Origin: Candidatus Fokinia solitaria
Lineage (GTDB): Bacteria > Pseudomonadota > Alphaproteobacteria > Rickettsiales > Midichloriaceae
DNA length: 64,000 bases
Assembly (NCBI GenBank): GCA_943325105.2
Contig: CALPOD020000004.1
Span: forward strand, 3,272 to 67,271
Direction of reading: 5' to 3'
Below the pieces are notes generated by a model. The model ran no database searches. It was not told the DNA's origin and saw only the letters and a list, made by a program, of their open reading frames with translations. Below, piece after piece: positions 1-10,499 of the stretch (the first letter of the stretch is position 1; every line of letters begins with the position of its first letter). The position numbers were made by a program, and so were the translations under genes.

Positions 1-383
1 GCAACGTGATCCATTAGAGATACAAAATGATCTAGTAGTTTTTCAGATGCTTGTTTAGATACTATTATGCTTGGAACAGCATAAAATGTCTGAGTACATA
101 AGTGAGTCATTAGATGTGAGAAATAATTAGCTTCTTCTTGATTAACTCCACTATCTGTAAACTTTTTTTGAAAAGCTTGTTGCGCTTCTCCAAAGTTAAA
201 ATCATCTCTTCCATCAATCTTTTTGCCTTGTTCATAAATCGGACTTCCATTTATAAATAACCCTCCAGTACGATGTATATCCTTCTCTGTCTCCTCTTTA
301 TCATTACCTTCTGGGACTCTTGTCAAGAAATCAATTTCTTCTTGCTGTAATCTAAATATAGGCGATTTTAATGTTTTTGGCAT
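1..383 (-). CDS. hypothetical protein, N-terminal part only (ORF runs off the window start)
   Basis: My own minus-strand translation from the ATG at 383..381 stays open to position 1 (MPKTLKSPIFRLQQEEIDFLTRVPEGNDKEETEKDIHRTGG...). It is absent from the ORF track because the window edge truncates it. No motif recognised. Confidence 0.4.
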   Translation of the reverse strand, partial: MPKTLKSPIFRLQQEEIDFLTRVPEGNDKEETEKDIHRTGGLFINGSPIYEQGKKIDGRDDFNFGEAQQAFQKKFTDSGVNQEEANYFSHLMTHLCTQTFYAVPSIIVSKQASEKLLDHFVSLMDHV

Positions 384-515
384 TTCCTGATGTTATAGCA
401 TGTTTGTTTAATTATATACTAATACAAACAATTATACTACAGAAATATTACAAATACATTACAGGAACAAATAATTTATAAAAAATATTTATTCCTGCTT
501 CTCAGAATGATTTTT

Positions 516-1913
516 TTATTTATTGTCTTTGTTTTCTCCGCGACGCAAGATTGCAGGTATATCTATGCTGCTGTCTGATGTTGTCATACGTGAAAAGTTT
601 GCACTCATCCTACTAAATAGATTCTTAGTATCATTTTGAGTACTTGGCTGTTGTTGAGCTTCATCATTATGATTGACACTTGTTGGCGTGCTTGAAAAAC
701 CTTCATAACCTTCATAACCTTCAACTTTCTGTGGTGTTGCTGGTGGTATAAAAACACCTTTATCTTTCACATCTTGAAGATTATCTTTATTTAAAAAAGA
801 TTTTTCTTTTCTTCTAGGATCAAATGTCTGGTTTTGACTTTCATTTATACTATGCCCTATTGTCATCGGAATACTATATTGACTTGAAGCCTTCAATTGA
901 TTTGTTATTGGTGTCTGGGCTGTTTGTTCTACTTTATTATGATTTGTATTATAACTATTATCTATGCCTGTAGCAACAATTGATACTCTAATTTTATCAC
1001 CTAAATCATGGTTAAAAGCGGAACCAAATATTATATTTGCATTAGGATCAGCTTCTTCTCTAATTCTATTAGCAGCCTCATCAACCTCATAAAGAGTCAT
1101 ATTAGCTGAGCCAGTAATGTTTATAAGCACACCCTTAGCACCTCTCATTGAAGCACTATCAAGTAACGGATTTGAGATTGCTGATTCAGCTGCTTTTATC
1201 GCTCTATTTTCACCTTCAGCCTCACCAGTACACATCATAGCCTTACCCATTTCACTCATTACAGTACGAATATCAGCAAAGTCTAAGTTGATAGCTCCAG
1301 GAGTTGTTATAAGCTCACTGATTCCACGCACACCTGAGTCAAGGATTTTATCAGCCATCATAAAGGCATCTGCAAAAGTTGTTTTTTCATTTGCAAGATG
1401 AAAAAGATTTTGGTTTGGTATAACTATGAGAGTATCGATATTTTGTGACATTGCCTCTAAGCCCATTTCACTTATCTTCATCCTTCTAGCTCCTTCAAAG
1501 TGGAATGGTTTTGTAACAACTCCAACAGTTAAAATACCTCTTTCCTTAGCCAAGGCAGCTATGACAGGTGCTGCACCTGTACCAGTGCCACCTCCCATAC
1601 CAGCAGTAATAAATACCATATGGCATCCTTCAAGGGCAGCAGAAATTTGTTCCACAGATTCTTTAGCAGCTCTCGATCCAACTTCAGGATTAGAACCTGC
1701 GCCTAAGCCCATAGTTGAGTCAATACCTAGTTGAATTTTATTTGGAGATATAGACTTATTTAATGCTTGGGCATCAGTATTTGCAACCCAAAACTCTACA
1801 CCTTCTAAGCCTGCACCTATCATGTTATTGACTGCATTACTACCCGCACCTCCAACACCAAAAACAATAATTTTAGGTTGTAATTCGTTATTTAAATCAA
1901 AAGAAAAAGACAT
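516..1913 (-). CDS. ftsZ: cell division GTPase FtsZ
   Basis: Tubulin signature [14 protein letters not shown]-terminal [15 protein letters not shown], a long low-complexity linker, and the C-terminal conserved peptide DIPAILRR. Confidence 0.97.
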   Translation of the reverse strand: MSFSFDLNNELQPKIIVFGVGGAGSNAVNNMIGAGLEGVEFWVANTDAQALNKSISPNKIQLGIDSTMGLGAGSNPEVGSRAAKESVEQISAALEGCHMVFITAGMGGGTGTGAAPVIAALAKERGILTVGVVTKPFHFEGARRMKISEMGLEAMSQNIDTLIVIPNQNLFHLANEKTTFADAFMMADKILDSGVRGISELITTPGAINLDFADIRTVMSEMGKAMMCTGEAEGENRAIKAAESAISNPLLDSASMRGAKGVLINITGSANMTLYEVDEAANRIREEADPNANIIFGSAFNHDLGDKIRVSIVATGIDNSYNTNHNKVEQTAQTPITNQLKASSQYSIPMTIGHSINESQNQTFDPRRKEKSFLNKDNLQDVKDKGVFIPPATPQKVEGYEGYEGFSSTPTSVNHNDEAQQQPSTQNDTKNLFSRMSANFSRMTTSDSSIDIPAILRRGENKDNK

Positions 1914-1941
1914 TTTAATTACGTTAATATGATAAAAATTT

Positions 1942-4578
1942 TTATACTCTGCTTGCAGTTAATCTTGCTATTGGTATTCTATATGGTGAACACGACACGT
2001 AATCGACACCTAATTTATAAAAGAAATCTATAGATTCTGCATTTCCACCATGTTCACCACAAACACCTATTTTTACTGAGGAATTTTTGGACTTGATTTT
2101 GTTTATTGCAATTCTTATAAGCTCACCTACTCCATCTTTATCAATAGATACAAATGGATCATTGTTTAAAATACCAATCTTTTTATATTCATTAATAAAC
2201 TTACCACTGTCGTCACGCGATATACCAAATGTTGTTTGTGTTAAATCATTTGTACCAAAACTTACAAAATCTACATAATCACAAATTCTATCAGCTATTA
2301 AAGCCATTCTAGGTAATTCTATCATCGCGCCGAATTTATAGCGTAATTTACTCTTAATCAATGTACTCTTGCTAATAACTTCTATAGTATTTTTCATAAA
2401 TATCAACTCATTTTCTGAAAATATTAATGGAATCATTATTTCAACATTTGCATCATTACCTACTTCACTTCTATATTCAGTCATAGCTTGAAATATTGCA
2501 TGTGCTTGAGACTTATATATCTCAGGATAAGAGATACCTAATCTAACACCTCTATGCCCTAACATTGGATTGTGCTCATGTAACGATTGTACGGCATTTC
2601 TTACATCATCTAAATCATTTCCAGTAGCAGCACAAAACGCTTTAAGATCATTCTCCGTTTGTGGTAAAAACTCATGTAGAGGTGGATCTAAAAGTCTTAT
2701 GCAAATTGGTTTGCCATCTAAGATTTTAAATAATTCTTTAAAATCATCTTTTTGATATTGCACTATCTTTTTTAAAAACCCCTCCCTGTCTTCAGGAGTT
2801 TTAGCAAGAATCATATTCCTAACATCATTTATACGATCATTAGCAAAGAACATGTGTTCTGTCCTACAAAGACCTATGCCTTCTGCTTGAAATAACATAG
2901 CATTTCTGACGTCTTCTGGAGTTTCTGCATTTGCTAAGACTGAAATTTTCTTATGCTTCCTTGACCAAGATATTATTTGTAGTAACTCTGTGGAAATCGC
3001 AGATGCTGTCATTGGAATATTTCCAGAAAAAACTTCACCTGTAGAGCCATTGATTGTAATATAGTCTCCCTCATTAAAAATCACACCATTAATTGAAACA
3101 GAATTTGTATCAATTATATGAAAATTCTCAACACTACAAATACAAGGTTTACCTATACCACGTGCAACCACTGCAGCATGAGATGTGACACCGCCTCTAC
3201 CAGTTAAAATACCTTCTGCAGCATACATCCCACTTATATCTTCAGGATTTGTTTCATTTCTTATTAAAATTACAGGATGATTAGCTGATAAAAATTCTGC
3301 TCTCTGAGGTGTTAAAGCAACTACCCCTGCAGCAGCACCAGGTGAAGCTGCTAATCCTTTTGCAATAACTTTTGAATCTTTTGTAATAATTAGCTGTTTA
3401 TGAATACCTTGTTCAACACAATTTATATCTATTTCTTGAATTACCTGTTCTTCCGTTTTTAAGCCCTCAGCAACCATATCTACTGCAATCTTAGCTGTAG
3501 CTGTAGCACTTCTCTTGCCATTTCGTGTTTGTAATATCCATAACTCACCTTCTTGCACTGTGAATTCAATGTCTTGCATTTCATGATAATGCTTCTCAAG
3601 CTTGATTGCTATTTCAATAAGTTTTTTGAAAATTTCAGGTCTAGAAACTTCCATTGATAAGTCTTTTGAAACTCCTGTTCTTTCTGCATCAATCTTTGTT
3701 AAAGGATAAGTATCAACATAACCAGAAACTACATCTTCGCCTTGTGCCCTTGGTAAAAACTCACCAAAGATTTTTTTGTCTCCAGAGATTGGATTACGTG
3801 TAAATAAAACACCTGTACAACTGTTTTCATCAACATTTCCAAAAACCATTGCTTGGACTGTAGCTGCAGTTGATAGATTGTGATCTATAAAATTTTTATT
3901 TCTGTATACCTCTGCTCTTTCTGAATGCCAAGAATTAAAAACAGCCTCTATACTTGATATGAGTTGCTCATGAACATCTTGTGGGAATGCTTTACCAGTA
4001 ACTTCAAAAACAATATCTTTGAACTTTCTTACAACCTCTTGAAGGTTACTTAAGGATGTCATTAATTCCCTACCATATTGCACAAGAATATGATCAAATT
4101 TTTCATCATCAATTTCTAATACAACAGAACCATACATTTGAATTAGTCTTCTATAGCTATCATAAGCAAAGATAGGATTACCTGAACTTTTAGCCAACCC
4201 TATAACAGTTTCATCATTCAATCCAATGTTCAAGACTGTATCCATCATTCCAGGCATTGAAATAATTGCACCAGAGCGTACTGATAGCAATAAAGGATTA
4301 TCTACTGATCCAAACTTCTTAGAGATTATGTTTTCGAGCTTTGTGATATAATTTTGTATTTCTGAAATCACTTTAGCATCAAGCTTAGAGCCATTAATGT
4401 TATAAGCATTACAAAGTTCCGTGCTTAGTATAAAGCCTGGCGGTATAGGAATTCCAAAAGAACACATTTCAGCAAGGTTTGCTCCTTTATTTCCAAGCAA
4501 ACGCTTTCTCATCTCTAAATTAATTTTTTGAAAATCTTCTGTATTACCTACTGAAAAAGGAAATATTTGATTTTGCAC
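1942..4578 (-). CDS. ppdK: pyruvate, phosphate dikinase
   Basis: 878 aa. Has the [13 protein letters not shown] phosphohistidine swivel motif, the PEP-utilizer C-terminal domain (GTNDLTQ, CGEHGG) and an N-terminal ATP-grasp. Apparent GTG start. Confidence 0.95.
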   Translation of the reverse strand: MQNQIFPFSVGNTEDFQKINLEMRKRLLGNKGANLAEMCSFGIPIPPGFILSTELCNAYNINGSKLDAKVISEIQNYITKLENIISKKFGSVDNPLLLSVRSGAIISMPGMMDTVLNIGLNDETVIGLAKSSGNPIFAYDSYRRLIQMYGSVVLEIDDEKFDHILVQYGRELMTSLSNLQEVVRKFKDIVFEVTGKAFPQDVHEQLISSIEAVFNSWHSERAEVYRNKNFIDHNLSTAATVQAMVFGNVDENSCTGVLFTRNPISGDKKIFGEFLPRAQGEDVVSGYVDTYPLTKIDAERTGVSKDLSMEVSRPEIFKKLIEIAIKLEKHYHEMQDIEFTVQEGELWILQTRNGKRSATATAKIAVDMVAEGLKTEEQVIQEIDINCVEQGIHKQLIITKDSKVIAKGLAASPGAAAGVVALTPQRAEFLSANHPVILIRNETNPEDISGMYAAEGILTGRGGVTSHAAVVARGIGKPCICSVENFHIIDTNSVSINGVIFNEGDYITINGSTGEVFSGNIPMTASAISTELLQIISWSRKHKKISVLANAETPEDVRNAMLFQAEGIGLCRTEHMFFANDRINDVRNMILAKTPEDREGFLKKIVQYQKDDFKELFKILDGKPICIRLLDPPLHEFLPQTENDLKAFCAATGNDLDDVRNAVQSLHEHNPMLGHRGVRLGISYPEIYKSQAHAIFQAMTEYRSEVGNDANVEIMIPLIFSENELIFMKNTIEVISKSTLIKSKLRYKFGAMIELPRMALIADRICDYVDFVSFGTNDLTQTTFGISRDDSGKFINEYKKIGILNNDPFVSIDKDGVGELIRIAINKIKSKNSSVKIGVCGEHGGNAESIDFFYKLGVDYVSCSPYRIPIARLTASRV

Positions 4579-4623
4579 ACAAAATGTTTATAAAACGTAT
4601 AAATATGAATACAAAACTAAATA

Positions 4624-5661
4624 TCACACATCAGATGTGTTCTCAACATTATGTTGTGCATTTTCATCAGCAGATATTGTTAAATTACTAAGATTTTTTA
4701 TTTTGATGATAATTTCATCTGCAATGGCAGGATTTTCTTTCAGATATTTTTTAACATTTTCTTTACCTTGTCCGATTCTCAGATCATTGTATGAAAACCA
4801 TGCACCAGCTTTATCTATAATATTATTTGTTACTCCAATATCGATTATCTCACCTACCCTAGAAATTCCCTCACCATACATGATATCGAAATCGACTACT
4901 TTAAATGGTGGTGCAACCTTATTTTTTATAACCTTAACGCGAGTTTCATTCCCAATAGCATTATCTTTGTCTTTTATTGAACCAGTCCTTCTAATATCTA
5001 ATCTGATTGATGAATAGAACTTTAATGCATTTCCTCCCGTTGTTGTTTCAGGATTACCAAACATCACTCCTATCTTCATTCTGATTTGATTTATAAAGAT
5101 CAGTACGCAATTGTATCGAGCAACATTTGCAGTTAATTTTCTCAATGCCTGGCTCATTAATCTTGCTTGTAGGCCAACGTGGCTATCACCCATATCTCCT
5201 TCTATTTCAGCTTTAGGTACAAGGGCTGCAACACTATCTACTACAATGATATCGATTGCACCAGATCTTACGAGACTGTCAGTTATTTCTAATGCCTGTT
5301 CACCATTATCTGGCTGTGAAACAAGAAGATTATCTATGTTAACACCTAACCTTTTGGCATAACTTGAATCAAGTGCATGCTCGGCATCTATAAATGCTGC
5401 ATTACCACCTTGTTTTTGAGCCTCGGCAATTGCATGAAGTGCTAATGTTGTTTTACCAGAGCTTTCTGGTCCATATATTTCTATCACTCTACCACGAGGG
5501 AATCCTCCAACACCTAATGCTATATCTAAACCTATAGAACCACTTGGTATTGCTTGAACATCTGATACTGGTTTACTACCAAGTTTCATTATTGAACCCT
5601 TCCCATACGATTTTTCTATCTGCTTACACGCTTCTTGCAAAGCATCTGTTTTTTCTGTCAT
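4624..5661 (-). CDS. recA: recombinase RecA
   Basis: Walker [28 protein letters not shown] and the L2-loop region [20 protein letters not shown]. Confidence 0.97.
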   Translation of the reverse strand: MTEKTDALQEACKQIEKSYGKGSIMKLGSKPVSDVQAIPSGSIGLDIALGVGGFPRGRVIEIYGPESSGKTTLALHAIAEAQKQGGNAAFIDAEHALDSSYAKRLGVNIDNLLVSQPDNGEQALEITDSLVRSGAIDIIVVDSVAALVPKAEIEGDMGDSHVGLQARLMSQALRKLTANVARYNCVLIFINQIRMKIGVMFGNPETTTGGNALKFYSSIRLDIRRTGSIKDKDNAIGNETRVKVIKNKVAPPFKVVDFDIMYGEGISRVGEIIDIGVTNNIIDKAGAWFSYNDLRIGQGKENVKKYLKENPAIADEIIIKIKNLSNLTISADENAQHNVENTSDV

Positions 5662-5855
5662 TTATCGATGATTTTGTTTTTTCATTTAAACATCAACATA
5701 TCAAATAACTTTTCAGAATATGAATTTTGATGTTTTAATTTATTGTATCACAAAATACTTATGTGCGCCAAGTCTGTTTAAGATTGTGATAGTTGTGAAT
5801 TAACTGAAAGCAGATCATGATCTTGGCTCTATGTTAGATCTATAAATATCATTTC

Positions 5856-6590
5856 TTAATAACTTTGGAAGTCTTGAATTATCTCTAAATCAACAATCTC
5901 ATCAATCTCTATGTCTGGTAATATTTCTTCGATTACTTTAACTTCAGGCTTTGTATAAATTGCATAACAAGCTGCATATTTTTGCCCAAAAACCCAATCA
6001 AGCAATCCAGATCCAGACATTCCATAAAATGAATATTTCTCAATGTTTCCTAGGCATATTTCTATCATGTTACGTGATATCTCACATTTTGTATCCATTG
6101 CTTTCAAAGCACTAAAAATAACACCTGCAATACTTTCAACACCAAATGCACCTATAAAACTTGATATTAAACCTAATCCTGTTGTCATGTCAGAAAAACC
6201 GAATTGATATCTTGCATCTAGATGATCTAACTTATGTCCATCTGATAATTCTGTTTTTATTATCTCACTTACACTGTCAGCTTTTGAATAAAAGTCTTGC
6301 CTATCACTGTATAAACTGTAGGCATCACATGTATGAATTAATAATGGGATGAATTTAGTAATCTTAGATAAGATAGGTAAGGAAGACAAATTTTGCTGAT
6401 CCTGCACACTCTCTAATATTGAAAATTTTTTAGTGACAGACTCTATGATTTTTAATAGATCTAATAATTTATCTACAGAATTTGTTGATGCTTCTACTAA
6501 TGAATTTAGAGAATATGATGAAAAAAGCACTAATAATGAAGGTTTATATTTAAAATGCTTAGAAACAACTACTTTTTTCTTACTTTCCAT
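5856..6590 (-). CDS. hypothetical protein (no recognisable family)
   Basis: 244-aa ORF with no competing ORF on the other strand. It has no signal peptide and only weakly hydrophobic Gly-rich stretches (TTGLGLISSFIGAFGVESIAGVIFSAL). Confidence 0.5.
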   Translation of the reverse strand: MESKKKVVVSKHFKYKPSLLVLFSSYSLNSLVEASTNSVDKLLDLLKIIESVTKKFSILESVQDQQNLSSLPILSKITKFIPLLIHTCDAYSLYSDRQDFYSKADSVSEIIKTELSDGHKLDHLDARYQFGFSDMTTGLGLISSFIGAFGVESIAGVIFSALKAMDTKCEISRNMIEICLGNIEKYSFYGMSGSGLLDWVFGQKYAACYAIYTKPEVKVIEEILPDIEIDEIVDLEIIQDFQSY

Positions 6591-6760
6591 CTTTTTTAAG
6601 ATTAATTTTAATTAAACGTTTTGATTAGATTGTATCATTTAATTGTTACAAAAATATTAAGAATATATTACAATCAAAATCACATGTTTTTTTATAGAAA
6701 TTTTGTTTATTGGTATCTTGTACTAGAATACAAAGTATGATAAAAGTCAATATAGTAGAT

Positions 6761-6835
6761 GATCCCTTCGTCTAGTGGTTAGGACACCACCCTTTCACGG
6801 TGGTAACACGGGTTCGAGTCCCGTAGGGGTTACCA
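6761..6835 (+). tRNA. tRNA-Glu (anticodon UUC), CCA encoded
   Basis: Hand-folded cloverleaf. Acceptor stem GATCCCT/AGGGGTT, anticodon stem-loop CACC-CTTTCAC-GGTG, T-arm ACGGG-TTCGAGT-CCCGT. Close match to canonical bacterial tRNA-Glu. Confidence 0.9.
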
Positions 6836-6839
6836 TACT

Positions 6840-8195
6840 TCAGACATCAATTCTCTCTCCAATTTTCGGATTCAATACATTAATGAGCAAATAATCTAAG
6901 AAATTTAAAACTTCATCAAAAGTATTTTTTTCCATTTGAACTTCTACAAAGTTAATAAGATTAATCAAGCCATCATATATAAAATCATCATTTTTTCTGA
7001 ACCAAAAATTAAATTTTAGTTTTTCATATTTAGATTTTTTTTCTAATATGTCCTTCGCTTCATCAATTGATAAATGTTTTAGCTTATGAAGTTCTTCTCT
7101 CATTTTTTCAAGAATCCAATAACCTTCATTAAAAATTTCCAGACCCAGCTCATATCTATTATGGTGCATCATTACTGTTTTGAATTTATTGATCCACCAC
7201 TCAGTTGTATGTACTTCTAACTCAGAATCTTTAGACGACATAAAGCGCTCAATACTATGAACCTTCTCAGCAACTTGTAATGTTGTTATTAGTGCTTCTA
7301 TGATAGACATATGAGTTCTTTCCATCATGCTTCTGACACGATTTGGTCCGTCTGGCATCAAAAAAACTATTTCCTTTGTTGAATTCTTAAGCCAATCAAC
7401 ATAAATCAGTGCTGCAAGGCTTTTTATTCTTTTTTCATTTAATTTACCTGTATCTCCTGCAAAATAAATTATAGCATTATCACTGTTTATCAACCAACCA
7501 TTTACAGCAGAATGATGATGATCAAATAAATGTCTTCCTGACCAATGATTAGCTGGTACTGCTGTCAAAGTTATATCATGTAAATTAATTGAGTTATACC
7601 AAGCAATTTCTGAGATATTTTCTTTTTTATATCCTAATTTAATAAATAATTTTTTATCTCCTTGAGGGATAAGAACTTTGACATCAGGATATTTTTTAGA
7701 GAGTTTTTTGAGCGATCTAGCATCAGTATGATCCCTATGATTATGAGAGATAACAATTATATCAATCTTTGGTAACTTATCTATACTTAGTCCATTTCTG
7801 GTTCTTGCAGGGTATAAAACTGAATTTAATCCATTAAAAACTGGATCAGTTAATATCATAACTCCATTTACATTCAAAAGCTGCGTTGCATGACCTATAT
7901 TTTGTATTGAAAGCTTTGATTCAGAGTATGTATTATCAAATTTGTATATATCTTCTTCCTTTTCATTATAAGAAAAATATTTGAATACATTAATTTGATT
8001 GAATGTTAAAAAACGTCCAAGGCGCTTTATTTGAGTAGAAGTAAAAATTTGTAATCCCTCTAAAGCATGATTCCAACCATGCAATCCTTGACTACAGATA
8101 TACTTTTTACCTCTCATCAATGGCTTAGGGAATGGATCTACATCAAGCCATTCATGAAGGTTTTGTATTACTAAATTATTTTTTTTATCAAACAT
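6840..8195 (-). CDS. metallo-beta-lactamase-fold hydrolase, NAPE-PLD-like, with a ~170-aa helical C-terminal extension
   Basis: GHATQLL..G..ILTDPVF, the HxHxDH motif VISHNHRDHTD, ANHWSGR and YFAGDTG. This is the Lactamase_B_2 / N-acyl-phosphatidylethanolamine-PLD-type arrangement. Confidence 0.7.
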   Translation of the reverse strand: MFDKKNNLVIQNLHEWLDVDPFPKPLMRGKKYICSQGLHGWNHALEGLQIFTSTQIKRLGRFLTFNQINVFKYFSYNEKEEDIYKFDNTYSESKLSIQNIGHATQLLNVNGVMILTDPVFNGLNSVLYPARTRNGLSIDKLPKIDIIVISHNHRDHTDARSLKKLSKKYPDVKVLIPQGDKKLFIKLGYKKENISEIAWYNSINLHDITLTAVPANHWSGRHLFDHHHSAVNGWLINSDNAIIYFAGDTGKLNEKRIKSLAALIYVDWLKNSTKEIVFLMPDGPNRVRSMMERTHMSIIEALITTLQVAEKVHSIERFMSSKDSELEVHTTEWWINKFKTVMMHHNRYELGLEIFNEGYWILEKMREELHKLKHLSIDEAKDILEKKSKYEKLKFNFWFRKNDDFIYDGLINLINFVEVQMEKNTFDEVLNFLDYLLINVLNPKIGERIDV

Positions 8196-8334
8196 ATTTT
8201 AGACTGGATCTTTGAAATTTAAAGTACTTATTAATAATAATTCCACTATCAATCATTTTTATTAGCTTTTTATTGATCTGATAAGATTAATATGATACAT
8301 TCTGCAGGAAGTTATATCAAAATAAAAATATTAT

Positions 8335-8475
8335 ATGTCTACAAAAAGAACATATCAACCTAGTAAATTGGTTAGAAAACGTCGTCATGGCTTCAGATCG
8401 AGAATGGCAACAGTTGGCGGTAGAAGAGTTATCAATAACAGAAGAGCTAAGGGCAGAAAAGTCTTATCAGCATAA
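8335..8475 (+). CDS. rpmH: 50S ribosomal protein L34
   Basis: My own translation gives [46 protein letters not shown] (46 aa), the canonical L34 sequence. It is below the ORF-track length cutoff. Confidence 0.92.
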   Translation: MSTKRTYQPSKLVRKRRHGFRSRMATVGGRRVINNRRAKGRKVLSA

Positions 8476-8479
8476 AGTA

Positions 8480-8872
8480 GTGTCTAAAAAATCTTATGAA
8501 AGTATAAAATTTTCATCTGAGTTCAAAAAAGTTACAACATCTGGTGTGAAGTTTGTCACACCATTTTTCATTGCATTTAGTTTAAGATTAAGTTCAGAAC
8601 AAGTAAAACTAGGAGTTATAGCAAGTAGAAAAATTGGATGTGCTGTAAAACGTAATAAATCCAAAAGACTTCTAAGAAATTCTTTCTCAGACAATCAAAC
8701 TCATCTAGAAAACATCTCTGTAGTATTAATAGCAAGAAGCTCTATACTAAGGGCTAAATATCAAGAAATCACAAGTTGGATGTCAACACTTGCTACAAAA
8801 CTTATGAGGAAAGATTCTTTTGAAAGTAAGTATGTTGTTAGTGAGAAAATTCCGGTGGTGCCGAATATCTGA
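8480..8872 (+). CDS. rnpA: ribonuclease P protein component
   Basis: It follows rpmH, which is the conserved order. Contains the RnpA-type motif GVIASRKIGCAVKRNKSKRLLRNSF. The track ORF starts at 8387, inside rpmH in another frame. I place the start at the in-frame GTG at 8480, but this start is uncertain. Confidence 0.75.
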   Translation: MSKKSYESIKFSSEFKKVTTSGVKFVTPFFIAFSLRLSSEQVKLGVIASRKIGCAVKRNKSKRLLRNSFSDNQTHLENISVVLIARSSILRAKYQEITSWMSTLATKLMRKDSFESKYVVSEKIPVVPNI

Positions 8873-8932
8873 TTTGAACAGATGACCTACCGCTTACAAG
8901 GCGGTTGCTCTACCACTGAGCTAATTCGGCGC
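8856..8932 (-). tRNA. tRNA-Thr (anticodon UGU), CCA encoded
   Basis: The reverse complement reads GCGCCGAATTAGCTCAGTGGTAGAGCAACCGCCTTGTAAGCGGTAGGTCATCTGTTCAAATCAGATATTCGGCACCA. Anticodon loop is CTTGTAA and the variable loop is short. Confidence 0.9.
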
Positions 8933-8986
8933 TCCAAACTGGTACACATCATAGCACACATTGGAGATATTGTACAGTACCTATTC

Positions 8987-9823
8987 TCAAAGTTCCTGCA
9001 TCATAGTATGACTTTCATGTTGCATTTGTTGTAATAAATCATCTAATCTTGCATCAGAAATAGTATCCCAAGATTCATATTCAAAGCCATCATAATTAAT
9101 ATCATTATGGAAATGCATGTTGAAAGCTCTTACAACATTTCTCGTTTGATCATCGAAAACCCCTGTCAGATCTATTTTATATCCATATGTTTTTAGATTA
9201 TCTTGTAACGTTGTTATTTTTGGATCATTATTAGGTCCATAAGAATATAAAGCAGCAGGAGTAATCGATGAGATATCACACTTAGGATATAAACCATGTC
9301 CATCCACAGCAAGAGCCTTCCAATCAAAAAATATGCCTGGATTCACATGTCTTGCTTCGTATGCAGTAATATCACTGTGTCCTATAATATTTCTATCAGT
9401 GATACCTTGATGAGAATACTTTAAATGACCTATTAATTGACTTAAAGCTGTCATTTGTTCAGATGGAAAAAGATCAACTTTACCCCACACAAGCTTACTA
9501 CCATTAGTTTGATGTTGACTACCACTGTTTACAAGTTCTATACCTATTGAAAACTCATTTACACTAGGTTTATTAAGCCAACTGCTAGCACCAGCATGCC
9601 AGGCCATTTTATCATCAGATACCAAATTGAAAATTGTACCATCTCTATCTATAAGATAATGAGCACTCACATTTCTAGGTGCAGTTAAATGCATATAGGA
9701 TTCTTTAAATTTTCCTACCGTATAGTGTATTATGATTGTATCTATAATTTTGCCTTCTGGTCTATATCCGAAGTTACGAGTTTCGTCGTGATCTGGTGCT
9801 TTAAATTCTAAAATATTTAACAT
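8987..9823 (-). CDS. N-acetylmuramoyl-L-alanine amidase (amidase_2, AmpD/AmiD-like) with a C-terminal peptidoglycan-binding domain
   Basis: IIIHYT..., SAHYLIDRDG, WHAG and IGIELVN motifs, IGHSDI (zinc ligand), and a C-terminal PG_binding_1-like LQDNLKTYGYKIDLTGVFDDQTRNVVRAFNMHF. Confidence 0.8.
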   Translation of the reverse strand: MLNILEFKAPDHDETRNFGYRPEGKIIDTIIIHYTVGKFKESYMHLTAPRNVSAHYLIDRDGTIFNLVSDDKMAWHAGASSWLNKPSVNEFSIGIELVNSGSQHQTNGSKLVWGKVDLFPSEQMTALSQLIGHLKYSHQGITDRNIIGHSDITAYEARHVNPGIFFDWKALAVDGHGLYPKCDISSITPAALYSYGPNNDPKITTLQDNLKTYGYKIDLTGVFDDQTRNVVRAFNMHFHNDINYDGFEYESWDTISDARLDDLLQQMQHESHTMMQEL

Positions 9824-9826
9824 TTA

Positions 9827-10492
9827 TTAACAATCTTGGTTATATATTACATACTCATCATTACATGAATGAACGGTATCTTTTTTTCTCTTTGGATTAT
9901 AACTTTCCTTTTGTTTTTTGGCAAATGTTAATGCATCACTCATCAATATTAAAATTTGATCATTTAGATGCTTTCTAGCTGAGATTTTATTAAAATTAAC
10001 CTCAAGAGCAGAAATCATTTCTTTTAATAATTTCGATATTATTTTTACCATATCATCACTGTCATTGATAAAAAACACTTCTAAAACTTTTTGGATATCA
10101 TTTTCTGCGTGCATTATTGTGATTGTTGAAACTTTATCATTACCAATCACTTCAGAAGATTGAATAGGAAGTTGTGTTGATGTTTTTAATGCATTGTATG
10201 CAGTAGCGTTCATTGCCATAGCCCTTATTGCAAGGTTTTTTATATCATCTGCATCATCAAGATCATTTTTATGCATTTTTATATATCTTACAATAAGCGG
10301 TATATGCCAATCAATAAAATTCATCAGATCTTCTTTTTCTTGATAAATTTTATCTAAATCCTCTACATCTATTTTAATCTTTGAACTTAAAATTTCAGAT
10401 TCTAAATTACAAATTTCTATTGTCTTACTTAAAGCAAACTCCAAAAGATTGAGATCAAAATGAATTTTTTTATTATCATGTAATTCTTCCAT
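9827..10492 (-). CDS. hypothetical protein (helical, acidic)
   Basis: 221-aa ORF packed between nadK (8-nt gap) and the amidase gene (4-nt gap). No motif recognised. Confidence 0.5.
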   Translation of the reverse strand: MEELHDNKKIHFDLNLLEFALSKTIEICNLESEILSSKIKIDVEDLDKIYQEKEDLMNFIDWHIPLIVRYIKMHKNDLDDADDIKNLAIRAMAMNATAYNALKTSTQLPIQSSEVIGNDKVSTITIMHAENDIQKVLEVFFINDSDDMVKIISKLLKEMISALEVNFNKISARKHLNDQILILMSDALTFAKKQKESYNPKRKKDTVHSCNDEYVIYNQDC

Positions 10493-10499
10493 ACTTGAA

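Noticed and set aside
690-730. Short 9-nt repeat (ccttcataa x2-3) encoding EGYEGYEG in the FtsZ linker.
   Set aside because: It has only about 2.5 copies and lies in an intrinsically disordered linker that is known to be hypervariable, so it is unlikely to mean anything on its own.
1117-1734. Two + strand ORFs (94 and 102 aa) inside ftsZ.
   Set aside because: They are antisense shadow ORFs of a strongly supported gene with Ala/Ser/Pro-rich nonsense composition. The same applies to the other short antisense track ORFs inside ppdK, recA, flhA, ileS, gatA, recD2, eno, lolC, virB9 and others.
5662-5855. Looked for an alphaproteobacterial LexA box (GTTC-N7-GTTC or GAAC-N7-GAAC) upstream of recA.
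   Set aside because: No such motif is visible, which is consistent with loss of LexA in reduced genomes. No regulatory call is made.
8387-8479. The track start of the rnpA ORF at 8387 ([15 protein letters not shown]...).
   Set aside because: This part lies inside rpmH in a different frame. RnpA homology begins only after the rpmH stop, so a downstream start (GTG 8480) is more plausible.
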